Shown: one piece after another, positions 22,027-32,145 of the stretch | How positions within the stretch are numbered: position 1 is the stretch's first letter | Layout: every line of letters starts with the position of its first letter | DNA from: Myxococcota bacterium | GTDB lineage: Bacteria; Myxococcota_A; UBA9042; PHBI01; JAWLBL01 | Assembly: GCA_041687695.1 (NCBI GenBank) | Contig: JAWLBL010000004.1 | Coordinates: 128,001 to 192,000, forward strand | DNA: 64,000 nucleotides | Direction: 5' to 3' | Notes under the pieces: model-generated | What the model saw: only the letters and a program-made list of their open reading frames with translations | Databases searched by the model: none | Told to the model about the DNA's origin: nothing | Made by a program: the position numbers and the translations under genes

Positions 22027-22694
22027 GAGCGGCTCACGGGCGGAGGGACCTGGCCACCGAGCTTCTTGAGCGCCATGGCGTGCAGGAACCCGCGGAAGTA
22101 GCTGAAGGCGCTGGTGAGGCTGAAGACGAGAGAGACCAGGAGCAGGGCGTAGCCCATGGCCCCGAAGTCGACGACCTGGGCCGTGAAGCCGAAGTCGATG
22201 CGGTAGGGGTAGTGGAGGATGAGGCCGACGAGGCCGCACAGCTGCAGGGCGGTCTTCCACTTGCCGCCGCTGCTGACGGCGATGGTCAGGCCCTCCTGGC
22301 TGGCGATGGAGCGCAGGCCGGTGATGCTGATCTCGCGGGCGAGGACCAGCACGACGAACCAGCCGGGGATGTGGCCGAGCTCGGCCGCGACGACCAGGGT
22401 CGCCATGACGATCAGCTTGTCGGCCAGCGGATCGAGCAGCTGCCCGAGCACGCTGACGAGCCCGCGCTTTCTGGCGAGGTAGCCGTCGAGGAAGTCGGTG
22501 GCCGCCGCGACGCCGAAGAGCCAGGCCGCGAGGTACGCCGCGAGCGGCGTGTCGAGCAGCATCAGCACCATCACCGGGGGGATGAGCACGATCCGGCCGA
22601 GCGTCAGCAGGTTCGGGAGGTTGGTGACCTCCTCGCGGATCGAGCGTCGCAGCTCGGTGACGGGGGGCGGCAGCGGCGGGGTGGCGGACGACAT
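22023..22694 (-). CDS. pgsA: CDP-diacylglycerol--glycerol-3-phosphate 3-phosphatidyltransferase
   Basis: NLPNLLT..R; DFLDGYLAR...G..LDPLADK CDP-alcohol phosphotransferase signature; GKWKT. Confidence 0.92.
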   Translation of the reverse strand: MSSATPPLPPPVTELRRSIREEVTNLPNLLTLGRIVLIPPVMVLMLLDTPLAAYLAAWLFGVAAATDFLDGYLARKRGLVSVLGQLLDPLADKLIVMATLVVAAELGHIPGWFVVLVLAREISITGLRSIASQEGLTIAVSSGGKWKTALQLCGLVGLILHYPYRIDFGFTAQVVDFGAMGYALLLVSLVFSLTSAFSYFRGFLHAMALKKLGGQVPPPVSRS

Positions 22695-22820
22695 CGCGCG
22701 GGACCTTAGCCGAATCGACGGGGGCAAGTCACCTGCCGTGGCGGCCGCTGGGCTTCCCCGTCGGCCCGAGATGTGGCACGACTGCCCGGCACCCACCCCG
22801 GACCCCACGCGGAGGACACC

Positions 22821-23696
22821 ATGGCAGCGGACTGGCAGGCGAGCATGAAGGGCAAGGTCGCGCTCATCACGGGCGCGAGCCGCGGCATCGGCAAGGCGAT
22901 CGCGCTGAAGCTGGCGAGCGAGGGCGTCAAGGTGGTCGTGGCCGCCAAGACGGTCGACCCGCACCCGAAGCTGCCGGGCACGATCCACGACACGGTGCGC
23001 GAGTGCGAGGCGCTGGGCGTCGAGGCGCTGGCCGTGCAGATGGACGTGCGCGACGAGGCGCAGGTGGGCGCCGGCGTACAGGCCGCGGTCGACCGCTTCG
23101 GGCGGCTGGACATCGCCATCCACAACGCGGGCGCGCTGTGGTGGAAGCCCATCGTCGACACCCCGGTCAAGAAGTTCGATCTGGTCAACGAGGTGAACGC
23201 GCGCGCCGCCTACGCGCTGGCGCACTACGCCATCCCGCACATGAAGGCGGCGGGCGGCGGACACTTCGTGGTGATGAGCCCGCCGGTGTCGCTGGACGCG
23301 CTGGGCGGCAAGGTCGCCTACCTGATGAGCAAGTTCGGCATGACCATGGTGGCGCAGGGCGTCGCGGCCGAGCACGCGCGCGACAACATCGCGGGCAACG
23401 CGCTGTGGCCCGAGACGGCCATCGAGTCGGCGGCCACGGTCAACTTCGGCCTGGGCGGGCCGAGCATGTGGTACAAGGCCGAGCTCGTCGCCGACGCCAC
23501 CTGGGAGATCGTGCGGCGTCCGCCGACCGAGCGCACGGGCGAGGCGCTGCTGGTGCTCGAGGTGATGCGCGAGGCGGGCGTGACCGACTTCACGCCGTAC
23601 CGCTGCGACCCGAACAGCGAGCCGCCCATCCTGAACGTCACGCGCCTGCCGCGCGCGGGCGGCAAGGAGACGGCCGGCGGCAAGGTGACCCTCTGA
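22821..23696 (+). CDS. SDR oxidoreductase (HSDL2-like)
   Basis: TGASRGIG, AAKT..PHPKLPGTI, HNAG and YxxSK motifs. Confidence 0.9.
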   Translation: MAADWQASMKGKVALITGASRGIGKAIALKLASEGVKVVVAAKTVDPHPKLPGTIHDTVRECEALGVEALAVQMDVRDEAQVGAGVQAAVDRFGRLDIAIHNAGALWWKPIVDTPVKKFDLVNEVNARAAYALAHYAIPHMKAAGGGHFVVMSPPVSLDALGGKVAYLMSKFGMTMVAQGVAAEHARDNIAGNALWPETAIESAATVNFGLGGPSMWYKAELVADATWEIVRRPPTERTGEALLVLEVMREAGVTDFTPYRCDPNSEPPILNVTRLPRAGGKETAGGKVTL

Positions 23697-23834
23697 CCGG
23701 CGGCGGGCGCGCCCTCGCGGGCCGAGGGCGCCCGCGGTTTTCGCTTCGAGCGGCCGGCGATGCTAGCTTGGCGCGTGGCGGACGGCCGGCCGGGTGGCGG
23801 GTCGTCGGCCGGGGATCGGCTGGGAGGGAACAGC

Positions 23835-26369
23835 ATGAGGGCTCTCGCCTTCGCGGTGACAGGGGCGACGCTGGCGCTGGCCGGGTGCGCCGATTGGTTC
23901 GAGGAGCAGTTCACCAAGCAGCTGCCCGACATCGACGCGAACCTGGGTGACATCACCTTCGATCCGACGGACGGCAAGGGCGTCGGCGAGGCCTGTCAGA
24001 AGGACCCGGGCGGCTTCACGGACTGCCGCCTGGGGCTGCGCTGCCTGGACGGCGAGTGCATGGCCGTCGGCGACACGCCCGAGAACCAGCCGTGCATGCT
24101 GACCGCCGAGTGCGGCGACGGGCTGCACTGCTCGCTGGTCGGCCTGTGCAAGCCAGGCGGCGAGGGCCCCGTGGGCGCGCCGTGCGCCAGCAGCGCCGAG
24201 TGCGAGGCGGGGCTGTTCTGCGCGGCCGTCGGGTTCGCGGGCGTCTGCGCCCAGCCGGGCGCGGGCGACGTCCACGACAGCTGCCAGACGACCGGCGACT
24301 GCATGGCCGGGCTGGTGTGCGCGTCGGGCCAGAGCTGCCAGCCGGGCAGCCTCAGCTACCACAACTACAAGCCCTGGCCGGGCGTGGCCTGCCCCGAGCC
24401 CACCGGCGCGCCGCGGCCCTACTTCCGCATCCCGCGCGACGACGTCAACGACTTCTTCGCGCTGCCCTTCCCCAACGACGTCCGCGTCAAGGGCGGGCGC
24501 CTGCGCCTCGACGGCTTCCCGACGCCCGGCCCCGGCGTCGTCGGCTTCGACGCCGTCGCCCGCATCGTGGACGCCCTCGAGGCCGACCAGAGCGGCTTCT
24601 CGACCGTCCCCTCGGTCTTCTTCCGGTTCTCGGCCGCGCTCGACTACAGCAGCATCAAGACCGGCGAGGCCGCGACGCTGCACTTCGTCAACATCGACCC
24701 CGACAGCCCGAGCTACGGCGCCAGCGTCCCCGCCTATCGCTGGTGGGCCACCGACGGCCGGGGCAAGTACATCTGCGAGCGCTACCTGGTCGTCCAGGCC
24801 GCCTGGGACTACCCGCTGCAGCCCGAGACCACCTACGCGGTCGTCCTGACCCAGGGGCTGCGCACGCCCGACGCCGTCGAGCTCGTCGCGGACAAGGACC
24901 TCGAGCTGATGCTCAGCAAGCAGAAGCCGGGCGGCGCCATCGAGGGCTCGGCCTGGGAGGCCTACGCGCCGCTGCGCGCCTGGCTCGACGACGCCGAGGC
25001 CCAGGCCAAGGGCAAGAACCTGTCGGCCGACGCGGTCGTCGGCGCCGCCGTCTTCACCACCCAACCCACGCGCCACGTGCTGCCCGCGCTGCGCGACGCC
25101 GTCGTGGCCGAGCCCGCGCCGGCCCCGGTCGACCTGACGCTGTGCGACGGCGCCACCGCCAGCCCCTGCGACGACGGCCTGACCGGCGACGCCCACGTCC
25201 GCGGCTGCTTCGACGTCTCGCCCGACGTCTACGAGCTGCACATGAAGCTGGACTTCCCGGTCGTGCAGCAGGGCACGCGCCCCTACGCCACGCCGGCCGA
25301 CGGCGGCGGGCTGGCCCTCGACGGCCAGGGCCAGCCGCAGGTGACGGGCACCGAGCCCGTCTGCGTCAGCCTGACCATCCCCAAGAACACGCCGATGCCG
25401 GCCGCCGGCTGGCCCGTCGTCCTGTACGGCCACGGCACCGGCGGCACCTTCCGCTCGGCCGTGCGCGACGCGGGCGTGCCGCTGGCCGCCATCGCCACCG
25501 GCGAGGGGACGGTCGGAGCGGCGGTGGTCGGCTTCGAGGGGCCCATGCACGGCAGCCGCCGCGGCGCCGATCTCGAGCCCGAGGCCCTGTTCTACAACTT
25601 CGGCAACCCGGCCGCCGCCAAGGGCAACCTGTACCAGGGCGCCGCCGACTTCTTCCACCTGACCCGCGCCTTGCGCCAGCTGACCATCCCGGCCGCCGAG
25701 AGCCCGACCGGGGCCGAGCTGCGCTTCGATCCCGGCAAGGTCCTCATCGTCGGCCACAGCCAGGGCGCCTCGACCGGCGCGCTGGCCGCGCCCTACGAGC
25801 CCGACGTGCAGGCGACCGTCTGGAGCGGCGCCGGCGCCGGCCTGGTCCTGAGCCTGCTGGCCAAGACGCAGCCGGTCGACACCAAGGGCGGCGTCGCCGT
25901 GGCGCTGCAAGAGGTCGGCGAGCAGGGCCCCTACGAGCTGAACGACCGCCACCCGGTCCTGTCGCTCATCCAGACCTACTTCGACCCGGTCGACCCGGTG
26001 AACCACGCGGATCTGCAGATCCGGCGCCCGCGCGACGGCCACGCGCCGCAGCACGTGCTGCACGTCTACGGGCTCGACGACCACTTCACGCCGCCGGCCA
26101 CCATCGAGACCTTCGCGCGCCTTTTGGGCGTGCAGCAGGTCACGCCCATCCTGAAGGGCGTCGTCTCCGAGGACCACCAGGTCGAGCCCCCGGTCAGCGG
26201 CAACTTGAAGGGCGGCCAGGCGACCGGCGCCCTCATCCAGGCCAAGGCGGCGGCCGACAGCGACGGCCACTTCGTGATGTTCCGCGACGCCCAGGCCAAG
26301 GAGCGCTATCGCCAGTTCGTCGGGACCTGGATCCGCGACGGCGTCCCGACGGTGGTGCCCGGCCCATGA
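23835..26369 (+). CDS. Lipoprotein with Cys-rich repeats and an alpha/beta hydrolase (lipase-like) domain
   Basis: LAGC lipobox; four CxxxxxCxxGLxC repeats; FFALPFPND; YGHG; GHSQG nucleophile elbow; C-terminal GHF. Confidence 0.85.
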   Translation: MRALAFAVTGATLALAGCADWFEEQFTKQLPDIDANLGDITFDPTDGKGVGEACQKDPGGFTDCRLGLRCLDGECMAVGDTPENQPCMLTAECGDGLHCSLVGLCKPGGEGPVGAPCASSAECEAGLFCAAVGFAGVCAQPGAGDVHDSCQTTGDCMAGLVCASGQSCQPGSLSYHNYKPWPGVACPEPTGAPRPYFRIPRDDVNDFFALPFPNDVRVKGGRLRLDGFPTPGPGVVGFDAVARIVDALEADQSGFSTVPSVFFRFSAALDYSSIKTGEAATLHFVNIDPDSPSYGASVPAYRWWATDGRGKYICERYLVVQAAWDYPLQPETTYAVVLTQGLRTPDAVELVADKDLELMLSKQKPGGAIEGSAWEAYAPLRAWLDDAEAQAKGKNLSADAVVGAAVFTTQPTRHVLPALRDAVVAEPAPAPVDLTLCDGATASPCDDGLTGDAHVRGCFDVSPDVYELHMKLDFPVVQQGTRPYATPADGGGLALDGQGQPQVTGTEPVCVSLTIPKNTPMPAAGWPVVLYGHGTGGTFRSAVRDAGVPLAAIATGEGTVGAAVVGFEGPMHGSRRGADLEPEALFYNFGNPAAAKGNLYQGAADFFHLTRALRQLTIPAAESPTGAELRFDPGKVLIVGHSQGASTGALAAPYEPDVQATVWSGAGAGLVLSLLAKTQPVDTKGGVAVALQEVGEQGPYELNDRHPVLSLIQTYFDPVDPVNHADLQIRRPRDGHAPQHVLHVYGLDDHFTPPATIETFARLLGVQQVTPILKGVVSEDHQVEPPVSGNLKGGQATGALIQAKAAADSDGHFVMFRDAQAKERYRQFVGTWIRDGVPTVVPGP

Positions 26370-27142
26370 CCGGACGCCGGCTTCGCACGGCCGCCCTGGT
26401 CGCCGCCACCTGGGCGGCCGCGGCCTGTGGACGGGCCGACGCGCCCCCGGCCGAGCGCCCCGGCAACCCGCTCGGCGACCGGCCGGCGACCACGATCGGG
26501 GCCTTCGACCCGGCCGAGGTGCGGGCCACGCTGCGCGGCCACTGGGAGGTCTACGAGGGCAAGCGCCTGCTCTGGGAGTTCGTCATCGACGATCAGCGCA
26601 TCCAGGTCGTCGACCGGCGCTTCGCCCAGCCCACGGTGCGTGAGGGCGCGCTGGTCATCCGCTCGCACACGGGCTTCGGCCTGCGCGACGCCGACGACGT
26701 GACCTACTACTACGCCTTCGTGCCGGCCGAGGACGGCATGCGCATGGGCCTGGGCGACGCCATCTGGATGGGGCCGGACGACGGCTTCACGGCGCACCTC
26801 GGCGCCTGGGAGCGCCTGCAACGCACGCCCGACGGGTGCACGCTGACGACGACCTGGGCCGGCCAGACGACCGAGCGCGAGGTCAAGTGCGGCTTCACGA
26901 CCAAGGACGACCGGGCGATGTTCTTCTACGAGGCCGAGGACAAGTTCCGCCGCGGCCGCCTGAAGACCTACGAGCTGTTCGTCTCGGGTGAGTACCTGGT
27001 GAGCCCGGATCTGTACCGCACCCAGGCGCGCCGCAAGGACGCGCCGCAGCCGCCCGCGCCCGATGCCTCGGAGGCGGAGGCGGACGCCGAGGCGCCGCCA
27101 GAGGTCGAAGCGCCGGACGCCGAGGCGTCAGGGGACCAGTAG
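26366..27142 (+). CDS. Hypothetical lipoprotein
   Basis: ATGA overlap with the upstream gene; AAAC lipobox-like motif; normal codon bias. Confidence 0.75.
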   Translation: MTGRRLRTAALVAATWAAAACGRADAPPAERPGNPLGDRPATTIGAFDPAEVRATLRGHWEVYEGKRLLWEFVIDDQRIQVVDRRFAQPTVREGALVIRSHTGFGLRDADDVTYYYAFVPAEDGMRMGLGDAIWMGPDDGFTAHLGAWERLQRTPDGCTLTTTWAGQTTEREVKCGFTTKDDRAMFFYEAEDKFRRGRLKTYELFVSGEYLVSPDLYRTQARRKDAPQPPAPDASEAEADAEAPPEVEAPDAEASGDQ

Positions 27143-29497
27143 CCGCGAGCGCTTGGGCGGGACGGTGACCTTCAGGGTCGCGCCGGTGGCGTTGAGCGAC
27201 TCGCCGTCGACCGCGTCGGTCCAGGGGCCGGCGCCCGGGGGGACCGGCACGTCGACCGTCACGGGCTGCGCCCCGCGGTTGAAGGCGCCGATGGCGACCT
27301 CGCCCGCGAGGCTGCGCGTCAGGACCAGGTGATCGGGGCCGCTGGCGACCATCGCCAGGTCGCCGCGGCGCAGGGCCGGCGAGGCCAGGCGGGCCTTCAT
27401 CACCTTGGCCACGTGCGCGCGCACCTCGAGCTGCTGCGCGCTCAGCCCCGCCCAGGGCAGCTCGCGTCGGTTGTCGGGGTCGCCGGCGCCCGCGAGGCCG
27501 ACCTCGTCGCCGTAGTAGACCAGCGGCACCCACGGGGTCGCGGCCAGGAAGGTGAAGGCGTGGCGCAGGCGCTCGTAGGCCTCGTCCGAGGCGGGCTGGG
27601 CGGGCGGGTCGTTCCAGCCCTGCTCGGTGGCGCCGTTGCCCCACACGTCGCCGATCTGCCCCGCCGCGTGCGACACGAAGCGCGCGACGTCGTGGTTGCC
27701 CAGGAACGACGCCATGATCGCGCCGGGGTCGTAGTAGGCCGTCGTGGCCGTCAGGACGTCGCCCAGCGTGTCGAGGCCGATCTCGTGGCGGCCGAAGGCC
27801 TGCAGGACGGCCCAGTACAGCGGGAAGTCGAACTGCCCGTACAGCTGGGTGTCGCCGATGTACTGCTTGATGAGCTGCTCGGCCTCGCCGTCGCCGCCGC
27901 CCCACATGCCGGTGAAGGTCTCGCCGACGGTCCAGAAGGGCTGGTCGGCGTGGGCCTCGAGGTGCGCGTCGAGCTTGGCGCGCAGGGTGTAGAGGAAGTG
28001 CGGATGCACGTGCTTGACGGCGTCGACCCGGAAGCCGTCGAGATCGGCCTCGCGGGCCCACCACAGGGCGACCTCGGTCATGTGCTCGACGACGGCGTCG
28101 TTGCGGTAGTCGAGATCGGGCAGGTAACTCTGGAACCAGCAGGTCTCGGGCTGATCCCAGCCGCAGACGTAGGGCGGCGTGTTGAACCAGCCGTCGTGCT
28201 GGTGGTCGAGCCAGATGGGGGCCGTGTCGTGGACGTGGTTGGCGGCGAGATCGACCAGCACGCGCAGGCCCCGGGCGTGGGCGGCGCGGACCAGGGCGCG
28301 CAGATCCTCGAGGGTGCCGTAGCGCTCCTCGGTGGCGGTGAGCTGGACCGGGAAGTAGCCGTGGTAGGCGGTGTAGGTGAAGCCGCCGATGCCCGCCATG
28401 CAGCCTTCGGGGTTGTCGTTGGGCGCGCTGAGCCACAGGGCGTTGACGCCCAGATCGGTGAAGTAGCCCTCCTCGATGGCGGCGGTGACGCCCTTCCAGT
28501 CGCCGCCGCGCCAGCTGCCCAGGGGGTCCGCGGCGGGGCAGGGCGAGGCGCCGGCCGGCTCGTTGGGCACGCCGCCGTCGCGGAAACGATCGGTGAAGGC
28601 GAAGTACAGGACCGCGTCGCGCCAGCTGAAGGGCTGGGCGAGCTGCGGCTCGACCCAGAAGCTGACGAGCAGGGGCTCGGCGGGGCCGTGGACGCTGTCC
28701 GCGTCGAAGCGGAAGGTGTGCTTGCCGGCCGGCAGGCCCTGGAGGTCGACCAGGAAGGTGCCGCGCGCCGGGTCCCAGGCGGCGGGCAGCGGGTCGAAGT
28801 TGTGGGTGGCGCGCAGCGAGCCCACGTCGAGGTCGCCGTCGACGCCGCGCTGGGGGGCGACCTCGACGCGGGCCGCGCCGGTCGCCGGGTCGAGGGTGCG
28901 CTCGAGCAGGGCGAGGGCCGGCCGGCGGCAGTCGGGGACGAGCAGCTTGGAGTTGGCGACGCCGTCGTCGAAGCGCTGCATCTTGTTGGCGGGGTCGAGG
29001 CGCCAGTCGGGCGCGCCGCCGGGGCCGACGACGACCAGCTTGTAACCGTGGCTGCCGGGGGGCAGGGCCGTGAGATCGAGCGTGACGCGGAAGACGTCGT
29101 CCGGGCCCTTGTCGAGGGGGAGCGCCTGGGGATCCCAGCCGTTGAACGAGCCGGCGAGGTGGACGGTGTACACGGCCTCGCCAGGGGGCGGCGCATAGGT
29201 GACGACGTGCTCGCAGGCGCGGGTCGACAGCTCGGCGGGGGGGACGTCGGCGAGCGTCGTCTCGGAGGCGCTGGCGTCCGCGTCGGGCGGGGCGGTGACG
29301 TCCGGGCCGACGTCGGGCGCCGGCGGGGCGTCGAGCAGGAGGCCGTCGCCCGGGGTGACCTCGAGGCCCGGGCCCGGGTCGGAGGCGGGCGCGTCGAGGG
29401 CGGCGTCGGGGTTGAGGGCCTGCGGGTCGGCGGAGCAGGCGGCGAGGACGGCGGCCAGGGCAGCGGTGATCGTGGCGCGGAGGCGGTGGATTCGCAT
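27128..29497 (-). CDS. GH13 alpha-amylase-family lipoprotein with CBM48-like module
   Basis: LAAC lipobox; VHLAGSFNGW; YHGY; DLAANH; DGFRVDAVKH; GE; FLGNHD. Confidence 0.92.
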   Translation of the reverse strand: MRIHRLRATITAALAAVLAACSADPQALNPDAALDAPASDPGPGLEVTPGDGLLLDAPPAPDVGPDVTAPPDADASASETTLADVPPAELSTRACEHVVTYAPPPGEAVYTVHLAGSFNGWDPQALPLDKGPDDVFRVTLDLTALPPGSHGYKLVVVGPGGAPDWRLDPANKMQRFDDGVANSKLLVPDCRRPALALLERTLDPATGAARVEVAPQRGVDGDLDVGSLRATHNFDPLPAAWDPARGTFLVDLQGLPAGKHTFRFDADSVHGPAEPLLVSFWVEPQLAQPFSWRDAVLYFAFTDRFRDGGVPNEPAGASPCPAADPLGSWRGGDWKGVTAAIEEGYFTDLGVNALWLSAPNDNPEGCMAGIGGFTYTAYHGYFPVQLTATEERYGTLEDLRALVRAAHARGLRVLVDLAANHVHDTAPIWLDHQHDGWFNTPPYVCGWDQPETCWFQSYLPDLDYRNDAVVEHMTEVALWWAREADLDGFRVDAVKHVHPHFLYTLRAKLDAHLEAHADQPFWTVGETFTGMWGGGDGEAEQLIKQYIGDTQLYGQFDFPLYWAVLQAFGRHEIGLDTLGDVLTATTAYYDPGAIMASFLGNHDVARFVSHAAGQIGDVWGNGATEQGWNDPPAQPASDEAYERLRHAFTFLAATPWVPLVYYGDEVGLAGAGDPDNRRELPWAGLSAQQLEVRAHVAKVMKARLASPALRRGDLAMVASGPDHLVLTRSLAGEVAIGAFNRGAQPVTVDVPVPPGAGPWTDAVDGESLNATGATLKVTVPPKRSRLLVP

Positions 29498-29546
29498 ACG
29501 ATGACGACCATACGCGAACGCGGCGTTCGGGGGCAGCCCCGTAGGG

Positions 29547-29561
29547 TGGCACGGGGGCTGC
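29547..29561 (+). promoter_or_regulatory. Putative sigma54 (-24/-12) promoter
   Basis: TGGCAC-GGGGG-CTGC versus consensus TGGCAC-N5-TTGC; about 70 bp upstream of the 29633 gene. Confidence 0.5.
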
Positions 29562-29632
29562 CGGCGACGCGCGCCAGCCGACGAGGAGCCGGAGCGATGG
29601 TGAGGACGGGCCAGCAGAGCGAGGGGCGGACG

Positions 29633-30628
29633 ATGGGGACGCGCGGGCGAGGTGCCTTCATCGGGTTGGTGGCGTTGGGGCTCGGCAGCGTCGGGCTGGC
29701 GTCCGGCTGCCGGCAGGGCGCCGAGCCGCCGGCCGCCGAGGAGCCGGGCGCCGAAAAGCCCGGGAAGGAGGAGGGCGCGCGCGCCGTCACGCTGACCATC
29801 AAGGCCGAGTTCCCGGAGCTGCCGGCCGGCGCCCGGGTCGTCGCGCCCTCGGCGCGCGATCGGCAGCAGCTGCGCGTCGCGCGCACGGATCACACGGGCC
29901 TCGTGGGCCAGGTGGCGTCGATCGACGAGACCGAGAGCCTGGTCTTCGTCAGCGACCCGGTCGCGGGCGGGCCGGCGACCTACGAGGCGCGGCTGGACGT
30001 GACGCTGCGCCCGGTCACGGCGGTGGATCTGGCCAACGTCCCGCAGGACGCCTGGCCCGAGGGGCAGGCGCCCCAGGTCGCGCCCGGTCCGGCCGAGCTG
30101 GCCCCGGTGGCCGCGCCGCTCAACGCCGAGGCGGGCGCGCCGGCGGCGCGGACGATCAAGGCGCTGGAGCTGGCCAAGGGCTGGAAGGTCGAGGCCAACG
30201 GGGCGACCGACCCGCTCGAGGTCGCGCGCGAGGGCGCGGGCTCGCCGTACGGCATCACCTCGGCCTTCGTGGCCGTGCTGTCGCACGCGGGCGTCCCGGC
30301 GCGGGTGGTGCACGGCCTGGTGCTGCCCGAGGCCGAGACCGGCGCGGCGCGGCCCGCGGCCTGGGCCGAGGTGCAGCTGCCGACGGTGGGCTGGGTCCCG
30401 GTCGATCCGGTCGCGGCGCGCGAGCAGGGCGCCCCGCCGCAGGGCACCCGGGCGCTCGATCGCGTGCCGCTGGTCTACGGGGCGGAGATCACCGTGCCGG
30501 GCACGACGGCTACCGTGCAGCACGCGCTGGGGGGCCCGGTGGCGGTCGTCGGCGAGGGCGAGGCGACGAAGATCATCGAGCCGACCACCTACTCGGCGCA
30601 GGTCGCGCCGCAGGCCGACGTCAAGTAG
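29633..30628 (+). CDS. Transglutaminase-like domain lipoprotein (catalytic Cys/His apparently lost)
   Basis: ASGC lipobox; AGVPARVVHG...AWAEV..PTVGWVPVDP core. Confidence 0.8.
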   Translation: MGTRGRGAFIGLVALGLGSVGLASGCRQGAEPPAAEEPGAEKPGKEEGARAVTLTIKAEFPELPAGARVVAPSARDRQQLRVARTDHTGLVGQVASIDETESLVFVSDPVAGGPATYEARLDVTLRPVTAVDLANVPQDAWPEGQAPQVAPGPAELAPVAAPLNAEAGAPAARTIKALELAKGWKVEANGATDPLEVAREGAGSPYGITSAFVAVLSHAGVPARVVHGLVLPEAETGAARPAAWAEVQLPTVGWVPVDPVAAREQGAPPQGTRALDRVPLVYGAEITVPGTTATVQHALGGPVAVVGEGEATKIIEPTTYSAQVAPQADVK

Positions 30629-30655
30629 TCGCGCCGCAGGCCGAGGCCAAGTAGC

Positions 30656-32140
30656 TCACGGCGCGGCCTCGGGCCGCGCGGCCTCGGGCCGCGGCTCGGG
30701 TGGCGTCGCCAAAGGCGTCGCCGGCGGCGTAGCTTGGGGCGTCGCCGGCGGCGTCGCTGAAGGCGTCGTCATCGGCGGGAAGACGCGCCGCGCCTCGTCG
30801 GCCTCGTGCCACCACAGGCCGTCGGGGGTGGCGCGGTACTGATCGGCGCCCACCGTGACCAGGGTCCCGTCGCCCCCGAGGGCGGGGCCCTGGCCCAGCG
30901 CCGTCCAGTGGGCGCCCAGATCGCGCGTCTCGAAGCGCTCGCCCGCCTCGGTGCGCGCCAGGACGTGGTCGAGGCGCCCGTCGACCAGCGTCACGTCCGA
31001 CAAGCGCGTCGCGGGGTTCGAGCCCTCGGTCCCGGCCGGCGAGGGCACGCGGGTCCAGCGGTCGCCCCCGTCGCGGGTCGCGAACAGCTCGCCGCCGAAG
31101 ACGCCGCGCCCGCCGTCGCGGCACACCGCGCCCAGGGCCAGCGCGTGTCCCGGCCGGTGGGCGTCGGCGGCCACCTCGCGCGCGGCGGTCTGCAGCCGCC
31201 CGTCGTCACCCTGCACCGGGACGCGCCGCCATGATCGGCCGCCGTCGTCCGAGCGCCAGACGGCCCCGCGCGTCTGCGGGTCGACGACGCCCGGCTCGTC
31301 GCACCGGCCCGCGTCCGCGACCCACAGCGCGCCCTCGGGCCCGGCCGCCACGGCGCTGACCGGGTGCGGCTCGCGCTCGGCGCGCCGGGTCGGATCGGCG
31401 GGGAAGGCGATCCGCACCTCGCGCGCGCGCCAGTCGCCCTCGAAGCCGCACGGGCCGCCGCGGTGCAGGACCAGCTCGGTGTCGGCGCCGTTCGACACCA
31501 GCGCCACCACCAGCTCGCGCAGGCGCGTCTCGCCGTCGCCACCCGCGGCCGCCCAGCAGTCGTCGCCGGCCATCGGCGCCGTCGTGATGCGGGACACCTG
31601 CCGCGTCGACAGGTCCAGCAACCCCACGCCGTCCGCGTCGCTGAAGTACAGCGCCGAGGCGTCGGCCCGGGGCGCCGCGTACCCGAAGTCGGCGCCCTCG
31701 CGCTCTACGAAGACCTCGCGTTGCTCGGGGGCCGCGCAGGCGACGCGCCACAGGACGCCGGCGGGGCGGGGCCGATCGGGCGCCGCGTAGTCGTGGCGGA
31801 GCGCGAGCAGGACGTGCTGGGCGTCGAGCGGCCAGGCGACCAGCTCGGTCCCGGGCGGCAGGGGCTCGAGCCAGGTGAGGGGGCGGCCGGCCAGCGTCGG
31901 CGGCCCCGCGTCGGCGGGCTCGGGCGCGCAGGCCAGCTCGGGCGGGTGGTCGGGCGCCGGAGGGATGTTCCGCGGATCGTACCCGCCGGTCGGGCGGCGG
32001 ACCTGGGCGTTCTGCTTGGGATCGGGGCCCTTGTCGCGCGGCAGCGCGCCGCACTGGCAGGCGGACAGGCCCAGGGTGGCGGCGCCAAGGGCCAGGGCGG
32101 AGGCGAGGAGACGGGCGGACGGGCGGCGTCGCGTCGACAT
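30656..32140 (-). CDS. Lipoprotein with BNR/Asp-box repeats (beta-propeller)
   Basis: LSAC lipobox; SDDGGRSW, TRDGGDRW and TRDLGAHW repeats. Confidence 0.8.
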   Translation of the reverse strand: MSTRRRPSARLLASALALGAATLGLSACQCGALPRDKGPDPKQNAQVRRPTGGYDPRNIPPAPDHPPELACAPEPADAGPPTLAGRPLTWLEPLPPGTELVAWPLDAQHVLLALRHDYAAPDRPRPAGVLWRVACAAPEQREVFVEREGADFGYAAPRADASALYFSDADGVGLLDLSTRQVSRITTAPMAGDDCWAAAGGDGETRLRELVVALVSNGADTELVLHRGGPCGFEGDWRAREVRIAFPADPTRRAEREPHPVSAVAAGPEGALWVADAGRCDEPGVVDPQTRGAVWRSDDGGRSWRRVPVQGDDGRLQTAAREVAADAHRPGHALALGAVCRDGGRGVFGGELFATRDGGDRWTRVPSPAGTEGSNPATRLSDVTLVDGRLDHVLARTEAGERFETRDLGAHWTALGQGPALGGDGTLVTVGADQYRATPDGLWWHEADEARRVFPPMTTPSATPPATPQATPPATPLATPPEPRPEAARPEAAP

Positions 32141-32145
32141 GGCGG

